Assembly (NCBI GenBank): GCA_947624495.1
Contig: CANQKP010000001.1
Coordinates: forward strand, 1 to 47,254
Length of the DNA: 47,254 nucleotides
Source: an uncultured Monoglobus sp.
GTDB taxonomy: Bacteria > Bacillota > Clostridia > Monoglobales > Monoglobaceae
Reading direction: 5' to 3'
Made by a program: the position numbers and the translations under genes. Shown one piece after another: positions 7,985-18,667 of the stretch. Each line of letters begins with the position of its first letter. Within the stretch, counting starts at the first letter, position 1. The notes beneath the pieces were generated by a model. That model worked only from the letters and a program-made list of their open reading frames with translations, searched no databases and had not been told where the DNA came from.

Positions 7985-10515
7985 AGCTTTTTCTCCCTGC
8001 GTTTCGGCGCGTACTCCGACCGGGCGCTTGGTTCATCAACATAGCTCGTTCTGTATGAGCGCTTTGCTCTGGGTTTTGGCGCGTAAGGATTGACCGTCTC
8101 AATCCCTGCGCCCGTCTGCTCCACCGGCTTATGCACGGTTTCATCGGCGAACGCCGTAACTCCGCTTGAACCGTCCTTCACCACGACCTCGACCTCGCGT
8201 GCGTCAGGCTCAGCCTTGGCGCTTTCGTTCTTTAAAACCGCCTTGTACTCCGCTTTGGGAGCTTTGCTTTCATCCGCGTCGTCAAACAGCGGAGGGTAAG
8301 GACTTTTTTCGATTTCGGCATCCGTCTTATCGGATATATAATCCTCCTCGCGGATCACCTCGCTGCCGTAAACGCAGCTGCGCCCACTCGGTCTTTGCTG
8401 CGGAACAGACTCTTCCGTCTTTAGAGCTTCGGGTGCGCTTTTGGATTGGTCACCGCCGGTCTGAGCCGCGGATGCCGCCTGCGCCCCGCCTATCTTCATG
8501 CCGGCAAGCACGGCGTCGGTCACGATCTTTATCATATCCTGCGGCATTGCCGCCGGGGTCTGCTCCTGCGCGGGTCCTGCCGCCGGAGCCGCGGGAGACG
8601 GGCTTCCGCCTCCGTTTCCGCCGCCTCCGTTTCCGCCTCCGTTCGGGTCCGGATCGTTTTTGTCGGGTCCGTCAGACTTATCTGGATTACCGCCCGAACT
8701 GCTGTTTGAGTTTATATCTCTGAAGCTTGCGCTTATGAGCGCTCTCATGTCATATACGCCCTTGTTTTCAGTCTCCTCAACGGCATATGAGAACTCGATC
8801 GGCTGCTCCGGATTTTGAACGTTATGCTGTGCGATGTAGCTCTTAAGGTTCTCGATAAACATTTCCGCCTTATGATAGCTGCAGTTTTCAAACATACACA
8901 TGAACTGATCGCTGCCGTTGTAGCCCGCAAAGCCATAGTCCTCTGCAAGCGCGCGCATAATGCGTCCGAAATCTTTCAGCATCGCGTCGCCGGCGGTTCT
9001 GCCGACCTCAGAATTAACTTTCTTAAGCACATCCAGCCGTATCAGAATAAATGTGAAGTTATCGGGCAGAGGCTTCTCCGCATAAGAATTGATGAGCATA
9101 TCGCACTTTGTGCGGTTGCCGAGACCTGTCTTTCTGTCGGTATAGAGCAGATACTCGATAAAGTCCTGAGTACGTCCGAGCAGTATAGCGCCCAAGCATC
9201 CGAATACCAGGAACACAACCAGAGCCAAAATCAAATACAGACCCAGGTTAACGCGTTCCGACACGGTGATGCTGGAAAGCGGCGTAATATTTGACGCGCC
9301 CAAGTACTGGTTAAACTCATCGACCGTTGCCTTGACTGTTTCATAGTTCGTATCAAGGTGGTTTATAAGCTCCGCCATTTCCTGCTGGATCTCGCGGACC
9401 GCCGCGTCTGTGTCAACTGCCGGAGTTGCATCCTCAAATATGGTAAGCAGTTCCTCGCGGTGTTCCTTATCAACTTGAGTGTACTGCCGCCCTACTTCCA
9501 GGGACACATACGAATTGATCAGCGCATCGTATGTCGTTTCAGTGTTTACCCTGGTAGTGTTTTCTTCGTTTGTAACGTCCTCATATACGTCCTTCAGAAT
9601 ATAATCGTTGGTATTGTCAGAATCGCTGCCTTTGCCGTAATGGTACTGAATACCCTCTTTGCTCTTGTTGCTGTACTGGGTGATAAGGTCATAGAGAGGG
9701 TTGATCTTCTCCTCCATGTTTGTAAGCTCAATATCGTACTGGCTGAGCCTGTTTTTGTAATCCTTGATCAGGACCTCCTGATCGACCGACACCTTCTGAT
9801 TAAGTATCTTTGAGTACAGTTCGGGGATATTATAGTTAAGGTCCTCTCTGTACATTTTATAAAGATCACTGAAGGTGTATCCGGTCGCCGCAGATCGGAA
9901 ATCGGGATAATGATACATCTTGTCATACAGGTAATTATATATCTCGGTCGCTGAAGCATCAAGTATTTCAGCGCACTCAATGTAGTCATAGCTGCCGCTT
10001 TCGATGTTTGACGCATCGTTCGGCAGAACCGTCTGATTTATGTATTTTTCGCCGTAGCTGATAAAGTAGTTCTTGAGTATAGAGTCAAGGACCGACGCCG
10101 CGTATTCCGGACTGTTGTCACTGTCAACGCCGAACGATACGAGATAATCGGTGGGGTAGTACTCGTACTCCTCGCCCTCTTCAAGTATGGCTTCCTTTCT
10201 CGCTTCCTCGTCCGCCGATACTATCGGCGTTACACTGCACCTTGAACGAATGGCGTCGGCGCCGATATCCATATCAAGATCCTCAAGCACGCCGGTAATA
10301 ACGTTTGACGAATAGATCTCGCTGACGTCAAGAGTGTCGCCGCTGGGCGTCATTCCCGATTTCGCCTCGGAATTGGAATATCTCAAAACCGTCTGAGCGG
10401 TATATACCTGCTGTGACATTCCATACATATATACCAGCAGCGCTCCGAGAATACATACAGCGATAATGAGAAATCTCCATCTTTTTATGTACCTTAATAC
10501 TTCAAAATTCCTCAT
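7981..10515 (-). CDS. Polysaccharide co-polymerase-like membrane protein with degenerate GGDEF domain and low-complexity tail
   Basis: TM - large helical extracellular region - TM; then YTDRKTGLGNR...KKVNSEVGRTAGDAML...NGSDQF; Gly/Pro/Ala-rich C-terminus. Confidence 0.72.
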   Translation of the reverse strand: MRNFEVLRYIKRWRFLIIAVCILGALLVYMYGMSQQVYTAQTVLRYSNSEAKSGMTPSGDTLDVSEIYSSNVITGVLEDLDMDIGADAIRSRCSVTPIVSADEEARKEAILEEGEEYEYYPTDYLVSFGVDSDNSPEYAASVLDSILKNYFISYGEKYINQTVLPNDASNIESGSYDYIECAEILDASATEIYNYLYDKMYHYPDFRSAATGYTFSDLYKMYREDLNYNIPELYSKILNQKVSVDQEVLIKDYKNRLSQYDIELTNMEEKINPLYDLITQYSNKSKEGIQYHYGKGSDSDNTNDYILKDVYEDVTNEENTTRVNTETTYDALINSYVSLEVGRQYTQVDKEHREELLTIFEDATPAVDTDAAVREIQQEMAELINHLDTNYETVKATVDEFNQYLGASNITPLSSITVSERVNLGLYLILALVVFLVFGCLGAILLGRTQDFIEYLLYTDRKTGLGNRTKCDMLINSYAEKPLPDNFTFILIRLDVLKKVNSEVGRTAGDAMLKDFGRIMRALAEDYGFAGYNGSDQFMCMFENCSYHKAEMFIENLKSYIAQHNVQNPEQPIEFSYAVEETENKGVYDMRALISASFRDINSNSSSGGNPDKSDGPDKNDPDPNGGGNGGGGNGGGSPSPAAPAAGPAQEQTPAAMPQDMIKIVTDAVLAGMKIGGAQAASAAQTGGDQSKSAPEALKTEESVPQQRPSGRSCVYGSEVIREEDYISDKTDAEIEKSPYPPLFDDADESKAPKAEYKAVLKNESAKAEPDAREVEVVVKDGSSGVTAFADETVHKPVEQTGAGIETVNPYAPKPRAKRSYRTSYVDEPSARSEYAPKRREKKL

Positions 10516-11945
10516 ACGCTAACACCTCGGTTCCTCAGCTTATATTTCTCGATATTCCAGAATACAACGCAGATAATCAGAAAGATAACAACTGTCAGCG
10601 CCGCAGTCTTCTTGATCGATACTTTTTCGGCAAGAGAACGTTCCCTTGTCTGGAAAGTTATATAATCCTTTGTCTTGTACTTAATATACTCGCGGTCAGT
10701 GGTCATCGCGATCTGAGACAGCTTGTTAAACTCGCGGCGTATGTCCTCGATCATCTGATCGGCGGTGTTAAAGTCCTCAACCGTCGGGTTGCCCGCTTCA
10801 AGCTTCTGAATTATGTCGGTGTTTATTTCGATTTCTTTAAGCGTATCCTTGGCATTGATAAGATGATCCTCCGCCTCCCTCGCCAAGTAGTCGATGCCTA
10901 TGTTGGTGCGTGACATATAGTAGTCGTCGCGCTCGTTTACGGCAGGGATCATAACCGTTCCTATCATAGATTCGTCGTACATGGATATAGTGTTCTGGCG
11001 CACACTGTAATCCGCCATTGACTTTTGGTACTGCATATCAAGGACCGAGTTCTTATAATACAGGGTATCGATAAATTTGTCCTTGTCCCGCGCGAGTCCG
11101 CTTTCAAGCACGAACGCCCGATATTTTGATATATCGTAGTCCGCAAGGTTCTGGAACATTTTTTCAAGTGATTGGAATGTCTCGCCGGTCTCCTCGGATT
11201 TGAATGTGCCGTTCTCTTTAACTCTTTTATGAACGTATTCTTCCATTCTGTCCGCCTGGCGCGCCATATCATCACTTATCTCGACATACTCCATGTCAGA
11301 CGCGTTGATATCGTTATACAGCAGCGCGGTGCGCTTGTCGCCGTAGCTTTCATGGAAATAATCGTTATACGCCTTGCATATCATGTGCATCATGTCGGCT
11401 GTTGACATATCCTTGACCTGGCGGTTCTTGGTGTAATTTACATTAAAGCTGGTGGATATAAAATATTCGCTGTTTGTGGTGTTAATAGCCTTTGAATTGG
11501 TTGTAGCAATCGAGATATGGCTGCTCATCTCCTCCGGCGTTACCAGATCCGGTACGCCCATATAGGATATCGCCCGCTCCATAACTTCATTTGACGCCAG
11601 CTCGTACATATTAAATCTGGTTGAATTCGGATTTAGACCGTTTGACGCCTCGCCGTAGTTAAGCGACATCGTAGTGCTTATCGAGTTCCGGCTGTTAAAC
11701 GCGAAAAAGCCGCACAGCAAAAGAAACGCCGCCAGAGTAAGCAGGATAATCTGACCCTTTCGTCCCCAAAGCAAAAGCAGAACCGTTCTGCTTGGAGACA
11801 AGCCGGACTTGCCCGCGCTTTTCTGAAGCTCATCTCTGTCAGACTTTAAGCTGTCTCTTTTTTCGGCAAACCATGTCCAGTACCTGCCAACGTCAAACCT
11901 GCCCAAAACACGTTTGGCGCCTGAGGAGAGTTTCCCGAATATCAT
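10512..11945 (-). CDS. Second co-polymerase/chain-length-determinant-like membrane protein
   Basis: Two TMs around a helical extracellular domain resembling the neighbour (NYGEASNGLNPNS vs RYSNSEAKSGMTPSG; FKSEETGETFQSL vs FRSAATGYTFSDL). Confidence 0.65.
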   Translation of the reverse strand: MIFGKLSSGAKRVLGRFDVGRYWTWFAEKRDSLKSDRDELQKSAGKSGLSPSRTVLLLLWGRKGQIILLTLAAFLLLCGFFAFNSRNSISTTMSLNYGEASNGLNPNSTRFNMYELASNEVMERAISYMGVPDLVTPEEMSSHISIATTNSKAINTTNSEYFISTSFNVNYTKNRQVKDMSTADMMHMICKAYNDYFHESYGDKRTALLYNDINASDMEYVEISDDMARQADRMEEYVHKRVKENGTFKSEETGETFQSLEKMFQNLADYDISKYRAFVLESGLARDKDKFIDTLYYKNSVLDMQYQKSMADYSVRQNTISMYDESMIGTVMIPAVNERDDYYMSRTNIGIDYLAREAEDHLINAKDTLKEIEINTDIIQKLEAGNPTVEDFNTADQMIEDIRREFNKLSQIAMTTDREYIKYKTKDYITFQTRERSLAEKVSIKKTAALTVVIFLIICVVFWNIEKYKLRNRGVSV

Positions 11946-11976
11946 ATATATCACCTTGCTTTTTTAATATACTGAA

Positions 11977-13317
11977 TTAATCCGATTGTCCGGCATCGCT
12001 TAGCTGCACACTCGGTATCCCTTTTCTTCGCTTTCGCTTAAGGAACTGCTTTTTCGGCGTGTTCCCTGCCTTCTGAGCCTGTCCGGAGTCGATATGAAGG
12101 GCATAACACAGCGGCAGCATACGCAGCACCGTTCCGGTGTAAAAGTAGAACAGCGTGTTATCGGTCAGATATGTAACGAATATATACATCTCGCACAGGA
12201 AAAACAGACACACTGTCATTCTGCCGCACATTTGGTTAATGCGGTTGAATTGAAATATCAGAGTGTAGAGTCCCCAGCCGATAAAGCCGAAAAATCCCAT
12301 TTCTATATACACACGCATAAAATCATTATGTATATCGACCATTTTGTTAAACGCCTTGCTTCCCGACTCCGCCAGTTCAAGCATCATAACGTGGACATAT
12401 TCAAACCCGTATCCCACATATGACGGAGATATGCGCCAATACTTGTCTATCGCAGCATACAGCACGTTTCGTCCCATAACGTCAACGTTAAGCTGGTCCA
12501 TTATTTTCATAAACACGTTCGTCTTAAGTGAGATCAGATAGACAAACGCGGCAATTAGCGCAAAATACAGCGCGGATTTCATGACGAACATTTGAGCGCG
12601 CGGGCTGAGCTTAAGCAGCACAAAACCCGCGATAAGCATAACGATCAGGCTTGCAAGCGCTATCCTCTTCATACCCAGCAGGAAGAAGAACACCGCCGCG
12701 GCTATATTAAGCGCCTTCATCTTTTTTGAACTTATCTTGTCAAAAAAGATGAAGTATATCAGGTAAAACCCATAAGTAAATGTGGCGTCGTGGATCTCCA
12801 GCTCCTTCATATATCCTACGGCGTCGCCGCCGCTTGTAAGGAAATGCGTGACCGAGCTTACAATATCGGATACCGCATAGCCCGGAAGCACGACAACCGT
12901 TATCAGCGCGTTGCCTATCACCGTGCCCCAAAACATATAATGAATACCCTTTTCGCCGAACAGATACGCGGCAGCAGCCATATTCAGCAGCATGACAAAC
13001 TGGAACATGATCTTTGATCCGCCGCGCAAGATAAAATCCACAGTCTCAAAGTTCGATATCCATATAAGCGACGAGTACACCAGCACAATAAGGAACCATA
13101 TGCCGTATACGACAAAAAAACGGAATATGGTGTCAAGGTTGGTAAAGTCGCCGGTTATGAGCAGCACCCCCGCCGCCATGACCACAGTCATAAGCGACAG
13201 CGCTTTTCCGGCGCTTCCTTTCCCAAGACCCGCGTCGCAAACCACAGCCATTGCAATAAACAGTATATAGAGCGCCGCAAGGATCAGGGATTTTTGTCTC
13301 TGCTTGAGAGTTGACAT
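11977..13317 (-). CDS. Wzy polymerase / O-antigen ligase-like polytopic membrane protein
   Basis: Many TM segments; MGR...GYGF...IHNDF..YIEMGFFG motif; polysaccharide context. Confidence 0.8.
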   Translation of the reverse strand: MSTLKQRQKSLILAALYILFIAMAVVCDAGLGKGSAGKALSLMTVVMAAGVLLITGDFTNLDTIFRFFVVYGIWFLIVLVYSSLIWISNFETVDFILRGGSKIMFQFVMLLNMAAAAYLFGEKGIHYMFWGTVIGNALITVVVLPGYAVSDIVSSVTHFLTSGGDAVGYMKELEIHDATFTYGFYLIYFIFFDKISSKKMKALNIAAAVFFFLLGMKRIALASLIVMLIAGFVLLKLSPRAQMFVMKSALYFALIAAFVYLISLKTNVFMKIMDQLNVDVMGRNVLYAAIDKYWRISPSYVGYGFEYVHVMMLELAESGSKAFNKMVDIHNDFMRVYIEMGFFGFIGWGLYTLIFQFNRINQMCGRMTVCLFFLCEMYIFVTYLTDNTLFYFYTGTVLRMLPLCYALHIDSGQAQKAGNTPKKQFLKRKRRKGIPSVQLSDAGQSD

Positions 13318-13363
13318 ATAAAACCGCTCCTTGTCCGCCGCAGAACGGGCTATCCAATCTGCC

Positions 13364-14551
13364 CTAAATCGATATAACCGCCTCGAAATTACGCTTGCAG
13401 TTATTATTATCCCTTAACTCAAAAAATCTGTCCGCCCTGCCGCTGTACTCGCTGTCCGCCGCAAACTTATCGCCGGACTTTTTTATAACATAATCCACAA
13501 CATCGTCCTCTCCGGCAAACACCGGACCAAATCCGTCGCGCCTGTAGTCGAAGTAACCCCGGCTGTAGTGGTTTTCTCTGAACTCCGCCTCGTCAAACTG
13601 GTAATACACCAAAGGCTTGCCCATATAGGCAAAGTCGAAAAACACGCTGGAATAGTCGGTTATCAGCATTTCGGAACTCATCAAAAGCTCCTGCACATCG
13701 TAGTCCTTAAACGAGGCAATTGTCACTCTCGCACTCTTTGACACGAACTTGTCCAAAAACCTTTGCACTTCAAAATGCGGATAGAACACCAGTTCGCAGT
13801 CGTTTTCTTCAAGAAAGTCAAGCAGCCGCGGATTGTTTATCAGGCTCTGGAACCGCCGGTAATATTCGGACTTAGTAAATCCGCCGCGCGCACCGACCTC
13901 ACATATGTAAACCCTCCACGAGGGCATCAGCAGTATCCTGCCCCGCCGGATCTTGTTTTTGGCGTCCGCCAGCGAGTCATATCTGCAAAGCCCCAAATAC
14001 TTAACCACATTTTGCGGAAAGCCGAACCTGGCTTTTACTGCCTCATACTCCGGCTTCGCGCCGCAGACGAACAAATCAAGTCTGACCTCAGGATAGAACA
14101 TCCACTTCATATCCGAAATGATTATTCCGTGCTGCAAAAACACAAGCCTGCCTCTTATAAGACCCATTTTCTGAAACAGCTTGCAGCAAAGTATGTCGGG
14201 CGAATATCCGAAAACATGGCTGCTTATCTTATATTCTGCAACGGCGAACAGCAGCCTGTGCTTAAAGCTCCTGTAGTCCACCGCGCCGCCAAGCTCCGCG
14301 ACCTTATTAAAGTCGGCGGAGTTTTTGTCGATTATATAGTACGCGTTGATCTCCGGGTGATTTTCACGGATGTATTTATAAAACCAATATCCGTTGTCTC
14401 TGGCATCGCTGCCGCGCTCCGAAACTATCCACACGTTTCGGTATCCCGGCAGAAATTTCGCAAAAAAGCCAACAGCGTAAAACAAAATCAGATAAAACAG
14501 TTCTATGGCATAAACCGGTCCGCGCATAAAAATCTTTTTTATCTTTCGCAA
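13364..14551 (-). CDS. CDP-glycerol/ribitol phosphotransferase (TagB/TagF family)
   Basis: DNG, FLQHGI, GLCRYD, LMPSWR, YPH, LITDYSSVFFDF motifs; GAGGTG RBS before TTG at 14551. Confidence 0.88.
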   Translation of the reverse strand: MRKIKKIFMRGPVYAIELFYLILFYAVGFFAKFLPGYRNVWIVSERGSDARDNGYWFYKYIRENHPEINAYYIIDKNSADFNKVAELGGAVDYRSFKHRLLFAVAEYKISSHVFGYSPDILCCKLFQKMGLIRGRLVFLQHGIIISDMKWMFYPEVRLDLFVCGAKPEYEAVKARFGFPQNVVKYLGLCRYDSLADAKNKIRRGRILLMPSWRVYICEVGARGGFTKSEYYRRFQSLINNPRLLDFLEENDCELVFYPHFEVQRFLDKFVSKSARVTIASFKDYDVQELLMSSEMLITDYSSVFFDFAYMGKPLVYYQFDEAEFRENHYSRGYFDYRRDGFGPVFAGEDDVVDYVIKKSGDKFAADSEYSGRADRFFELRDNNNCKRNFEAVISI

Positions 14552-14606
14552 TGAAATCACCTCTGACAGCCGCTTTTGCGCACGCAAAAAAATCTGCTTA
14601 AAGCAT

Positions 14607-14677
14607 ATTATAACACTTTTACAAAAATATTACAAGCGTTAAATCTAAATTATATCATTTTTACAACAATACGACAA
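14607..14677 (-). promoter_or_regulatory. Two tandem extended -10 SigA promoters inside the polysaccharide locus
   Basis: TTGTCG-17-TATAAT (14649-14677) and TTGTAA-17-TATAAT (14607-14635), both TGnTATAAT, 42 bp apart. Confidence 0.65.
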
Positions 14678-14684
14678 AAAATCT

Positions 14685-15908
14685 TTAATGTCTACAAGAA
14701 ATTAATTCATTATATATGTCTTCGATTTTCTCGCCGTATTGCTTAAGAGTTATCATTTCACCGCGTTTTTTAAGGCAGTTTCGGGACATTTCGGCACACT
14801 TCTCCCGGTCGGAGCAAAGCGCCCGCACAGCGGCAGTCAAAGCGTCCGCGCTGACTTCATTCAGCACGATCCCAGTGGTGCCGTTGTCAACCAGCTCGGG
14901 CATACCGCCGAGGGGGGTGCAGATGACCGGAGTTCCCAAAGCCTCAGACTCCAGCACGGACAGCGGGCAGTTTTCGTACCATATGGACGGATAGACCGAG
15001 AACCGCGCCTCCGCGATCAGGCGGTCAAGCTCGCCGCCGGTTTTAAAGCCGACGAATTCAACATTGTCTAAGCCTTTGACCGTGTCCTCCATCGGTCCGC
15101 CGCCCGCGACCACGAATTTAATATCCGGAAGCCTGCGGCAAGTCTCAACAAAAATGTCCACTCCCTTTTCCTCGGACAGCCTGCCGAAAAACAGAACATA
15201 GTCCTTCTTTTCGTACCGCTCCGCAGAGTCCGGCAGCTCTATATAATTATGCACCGCGGCGGTTTTTCCGCGGTACAGGTATTCGCCGCGGCGCTTTTTC
15301 TTAAGCAGCATACCCTCAATAAACCGACTTGGGCATATGTATCTGTCAACCTTTTTGTAAGTCCCCAATGCGGAATACAGCCACGCTTCAACGGTCCCGA
15401 TCACGCTTTTTGCCGTTGAGCCGTGTATGCATCTGCCCTTTACACAGTTGAGTTTTGAGCCGTACAGACACTTCTCGCAGGGCTTTTTGGTGTTTAAATC
15501 AAACATAAGGTGGTTGGGGCAGAGCATCTGCAAATCATGAACGGTCTGCACCACAGGTACGCCGTGCTTCTTCGCCTCGTCAATGACCGACGGGGAGAGC
15601 TGGAAATTGATGTTGTTAAGGTGGACTATGTCGGGCTTAAACTCATTGATCACCCTGCCGAGCTTCCGCCGCGCCTGAAACGAGTACACTATCCTAAACG
15701 GATACAAATACTTTTCGGCGCCGCTTCCGTGGAAGTCCATGTTCTGGGTGTATTCTCCTGCGGTATTACCCACGATATTATTCTCGTCGTACATTCCGAA
15801 GTACTCGACCTCGTGTCCCTGTGACTCAAGATAGCCGCCCAGCTTGAACGTGTATGTCTCGGCGCCGCCCTTCGGGTACAGGTATTTGTTTACCAAAAGT
15901 ATCTTCAT
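14685..15908 (-). CDS. Glycosyltransferase family 4
   Basis: GGAE, FGRLSEEKG, PSIWYENCPLSVLE. Confidence 0.92.
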   Translation of the reverse strand: MKILLVNKYLYPKGGAETYTFKLGGYLESQGHEVEYFGMYDENNIVGNTAGEYTQNMDFHGSGAEKYLYPFRIVYSFQARRKLGRVINEFKPDIVHLNNINFQLSPSVIDEAKKHGVPVVQTVHDLQMLCPNHLMFDLNTKKPCEKCLYGSKLNCVKGRCIHGSTAKSVIGTVEAWLYSALGTYKKVDRYICPSRFIEGMLLKKKRRGEYLYRGKTAAVHNYIELPDSAERYEKKDYVLFFGRLSEEKGVDIFVETCRRLPDIKFVVAGGGPMEDTVKGLDNVEFVGFKTGGELDRLIAEARFSVYPSIWYENCPLSVLESEALGTPVICTPLGGMPELVDNGTTGIVLNEVSADALTAAVRALCSDREKCAEMSRNCLKKRGEMITLKQYGEKIEDIYNELISCRH

Positions 15909-15912
15909 AATA

Positions 15913-17037
15913 TCACTTCCGTTTCTCGTAAAGCGCTATGGTCCTTGTCACTATATCCTCCCAATCATAACGCCTGAGAATTTGTTCATAGCAGCCCGTG
16001 TCCACATTTTTAAGCGAGCCGCCGATCACCTTTTCAAGCTCCCGTCTGAGGCTCTCGGCGCTGCCGTGCTTAAATGACGGCATATATCCGCCCACGACCT
16101 CAAGATTTTCCGGTATGTCGCTGACGAGGCACGGAGTGCGGTAGCTTATGCACTCAAGCAGGCTCATAGCCATACCCTCAATATCGCTGGGCAGAACGTA
16201 CACCATGCAGTTATCAAACAGCTCATCCAGCATTTCGCCCTGCACAAAGCCGGCAAGGATTATCCTGTCGTCCCGCTCCGCCATCTTTTTTATCTTTTCG
16301 ACGTACTCGCTGCCCTGAGTCAATCCGCCGGCAATAACAAGCTTCTTGTCGGTCTTTATGTTCCCGAACGCTTCAATCAGATAGTGAAGCCCCTTTTCGG
16401 GCACAATTCTTGCAAGGAACAGGATATATCCGTCCCTCTCAAGCCCGAATTTTTCACGGATACGCTTTGGAGGATAGCTCTGCTCCTTCATCTTCATGCC
16501 GTTTGGGATAAATCGGGTCTCGCGGTTATAGTGGTCAAGAAAATATTTGCGGTTGTTCTCTGACAGCACGATTATCTCATCGGCAAATTTTACAGCCGCC
16601 TTTTCGCCCTGCTTTATGTACCATGTGGAGAACCCGCCCCACTTTGCGCGCTGCCAGTCAAGTCCGTGTATCGTCGCAATGACCCGCCTGCCGAAAAGCT
16701 TTGGCAGCCAAATCATGGCGCATGGTCCCTCGGCATGATAGTGCAGGCAGTCGTACCGTCCAAACAGCGCCCTGATACTGGCTAAAACCGAATACACAAA
16801 AGCGTTCAGCGCGCTTTGCCTGAACGTGGGTATATTGATTATCCTGACGCCCTTATACTCCTTGGGCAGTTTGGATTGTTCCGAAACTCCTATGTCGCGC
16901 CGGTTGAAAGCTTCAACCTCTATTCCGCGCTCCGCCATACGCGCGGCAAGCTCCTCCACCACGATCTCAACGCCGCCCTCCCTTGTGGGGATGCGCTTAT
17001 GACCTATCATCGCGACCCTGAATTTCCTGTTCCTCAT
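15913..17037 (-). CDS. Glycosyltransferase family 4
   Basis: GGVE, ARIVPEKG, PSDIEGMAMSLLE. Confidence 0.92.
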   Translation of the reverse strand: MRNRKFRVAMIGHKRIPTREGGVEIVVEELAARMAERGIEVEAFNRRDIGVSEQSKLPKEYKGVRIINIPTFRQSALNAFVYSVLASIRALFGRYDCLHYHAEGPCAMIWLPKLFGRRVIATIHGLDWQRAKWGGFSTWYIKQGEKAAVKFADEIIVLSENNRKYFLDHYNRETRFIPNGMKMKEQSYPPKRIREKFGLERDGYILFLARIVPEKGLHYLIEAFGNIKTDKKLVIAGGLTQGSEYVEKIKKMAERDDRIILAGFVQGEMLDELFDNCMVYVLPSDIEGMAMSLLECISYRTPCLVSDIPENLEVVGGYMPSFKHGSAESLRRELEKVIGGSLKNVDTGCYEQILRRYDWEDIVTRTIALYEKRK

Positions 17038-18647
17038 TGCTGAACACCCCGCCTGTTAATTAAGCTTTTTCTTTTAAACCGCTCAAGACGCGGACCCAAA
17101 ACGTTATATATTTTAACAATATATCTCCACGAGATCTCCTTGAAATACTTAAATTCCTCGGTCCTGCCGAAGAAAATATAATTAACGCACAGGGGAACGA
17201 AGCCGGCGACCGCCGCCTTGCAGATAAAATCAAGGTAGAGGTTTCCAAGCACGATCTCGGCGCATATGAATTTTGAGATCAGCATTATAAATCCGCCGGA
17301 CAGCAGATATATGCCGAACTGAACAAAATATCCCTTGGGACTCATATTGAACCGTTCCGTGTACAACAGGTGTATCTTCAGCACGATCTGTATCGCGTAT
17401 GTGACGGTAGTGCCGACAAGTATGCCGAGCGTGCCGAACTTTAAGCCGAAAATGATCGATACTATCAAATTTGCGGCGCTGCCGATTATCGAAATGTTCT
17501 TGTCCTTTGAGAACAGACCTGAAACCGCCATAAACCGCCACAGCGGGTTTTTGAGAGTTGTGATGAAAAAGTTGCCCGCTATTGCCAAAATCACCAGCAG
17601 CCCCATCATCGAATCGGTGCTGTAGGTATATATTTCACCATACATAATTCTTACAAGAGTGGATGAGAGACAGTAGAAGCAGCCCGCGAACAGCGAGCCG
17701 AAGAAATAGTTAATAAACGTCATATTCCTCATGACCCTGTCGCACTTTTTGCCGTCGCCGCCCGCCACAAGGTTGCCGACGCTGCCGGCAGTCGCCGCGT
17801 CAAGCTGATCGACTATCCTCCTGAGACCCATAACCAGCGTGGAATAGCTGGTGTAAACGCCGACCTCGTATGTGCTTACCAGAACCGAGATCAAAATGTT
17901 GTCGGTTGAGTTGGTGATTTTGCCCGAAAGACTTCCCACGAAAATATTTTTTACATCCTTGAAGATGACCCGCCGTTCAACGTTGAGCAGTTCATCTTTC
18001 TGCTTGAGATACGGGTACATCTTATCGACCTGACCGGATATTATTATGTTGGTTGCGACAATAAGCAGTATTTCGACTACCAGATAGATTATATAGTTTT
18101 TAAATATTACCAGCAAAATAATATTGATGATCTCAACAACTATCTTAACCACGGTGGTCACGACCGAAACCACGTACACCTTCTGATCCGCATTGAGCAG
18201 CGAACTCTTGTACGAGAACAGGTACGATGACGCGGTCTGAGTCAGAAACAGCAGAAAAACAAGACGGATATAGTTATCGGATACATCCACCTTGGTAACA
18301 ATATTCTGAATAAACGGCACAAGACACAGACCCACGCCGAACACCGCGAAGGCGATGTTGCGGTAAGCCGTCTTGTACAGGTTCATCAGTTTGACTATTT
18401 TTTTCTCATTCTTTTCGGCGAGCGGTTTATACAGACTGTACACGATCGCCGAACCGACGCCCATCTCCGCCAGAGACAGCATCGCGATCACCTCATTGAA
18501 CAGTCCGTTAAGGCTGACCGAGAGTATTCCTATTTGACGAACAAGGACTACTCTGATTATGAATGTGAAAGCAACGGTAACAAACTGGGACAAAATTCCG
18601 AAAAGCAGATTTTTCGCGCTTTTCTCGCTTCTTGTGTTTCCCGCCAT
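17034..18647 (-). CDS. Wzx-type polysaccharide flippase (MOP superfamily)
   Basis: Many TMs; LSLAEMGVGSAIVYSLYKP and NSTDNILIS motifs. Confidence 0.88.
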   Translation of the reverse strand: MAGNTRSEKSAKNLLFGILSQFVTVAFTFIIRVVLVRQIGILSVSLNGLFNEVIAMLSLAEMGVGSAIVYSLYKPLAEKNEKKIVKLMNLYKTAYRNIAFAVFGVGLCLVPFIQNIVTKVDVSDNYIRLVFLLFLTQTASSYLFSYKSSLLNADQKVYVVSVVTTVVKIVVEIINIILLVIFKNYIIYLVVEILLIVATNIIISGQVDKMYPYLKQKDELLNVERRVIFKDVKNIFVGSLSGKITNSTDNILISVLVSTYEVGVYTSYSTLVMGLRRIVDQLDAATAGSVGNLVAGGDGKKCDRVMRNMTFINYFFGSLFAGCFYCLSSTLVRIMYGEIYTYSTDSMMGLLVILAIAGNFFITTLKNPLWRFMAVSGLFSKDKNISIIGSAANLIVSIIFGLKFGTLGILVGTTVTYAIQIVLKIHLLYTERFNMSPKGYFVQFGIYLLSGGFIMLISKFICAEIVLGNLYLDFICKAAVAGFVPLCVNYIFFGRTEEFKYFKEISWRYIVKIYNVLGPRLERFKRKSLINRRGVQQ

Positions 18648-18667
18648 CTGAGCGCTCCTCTTTCGCG

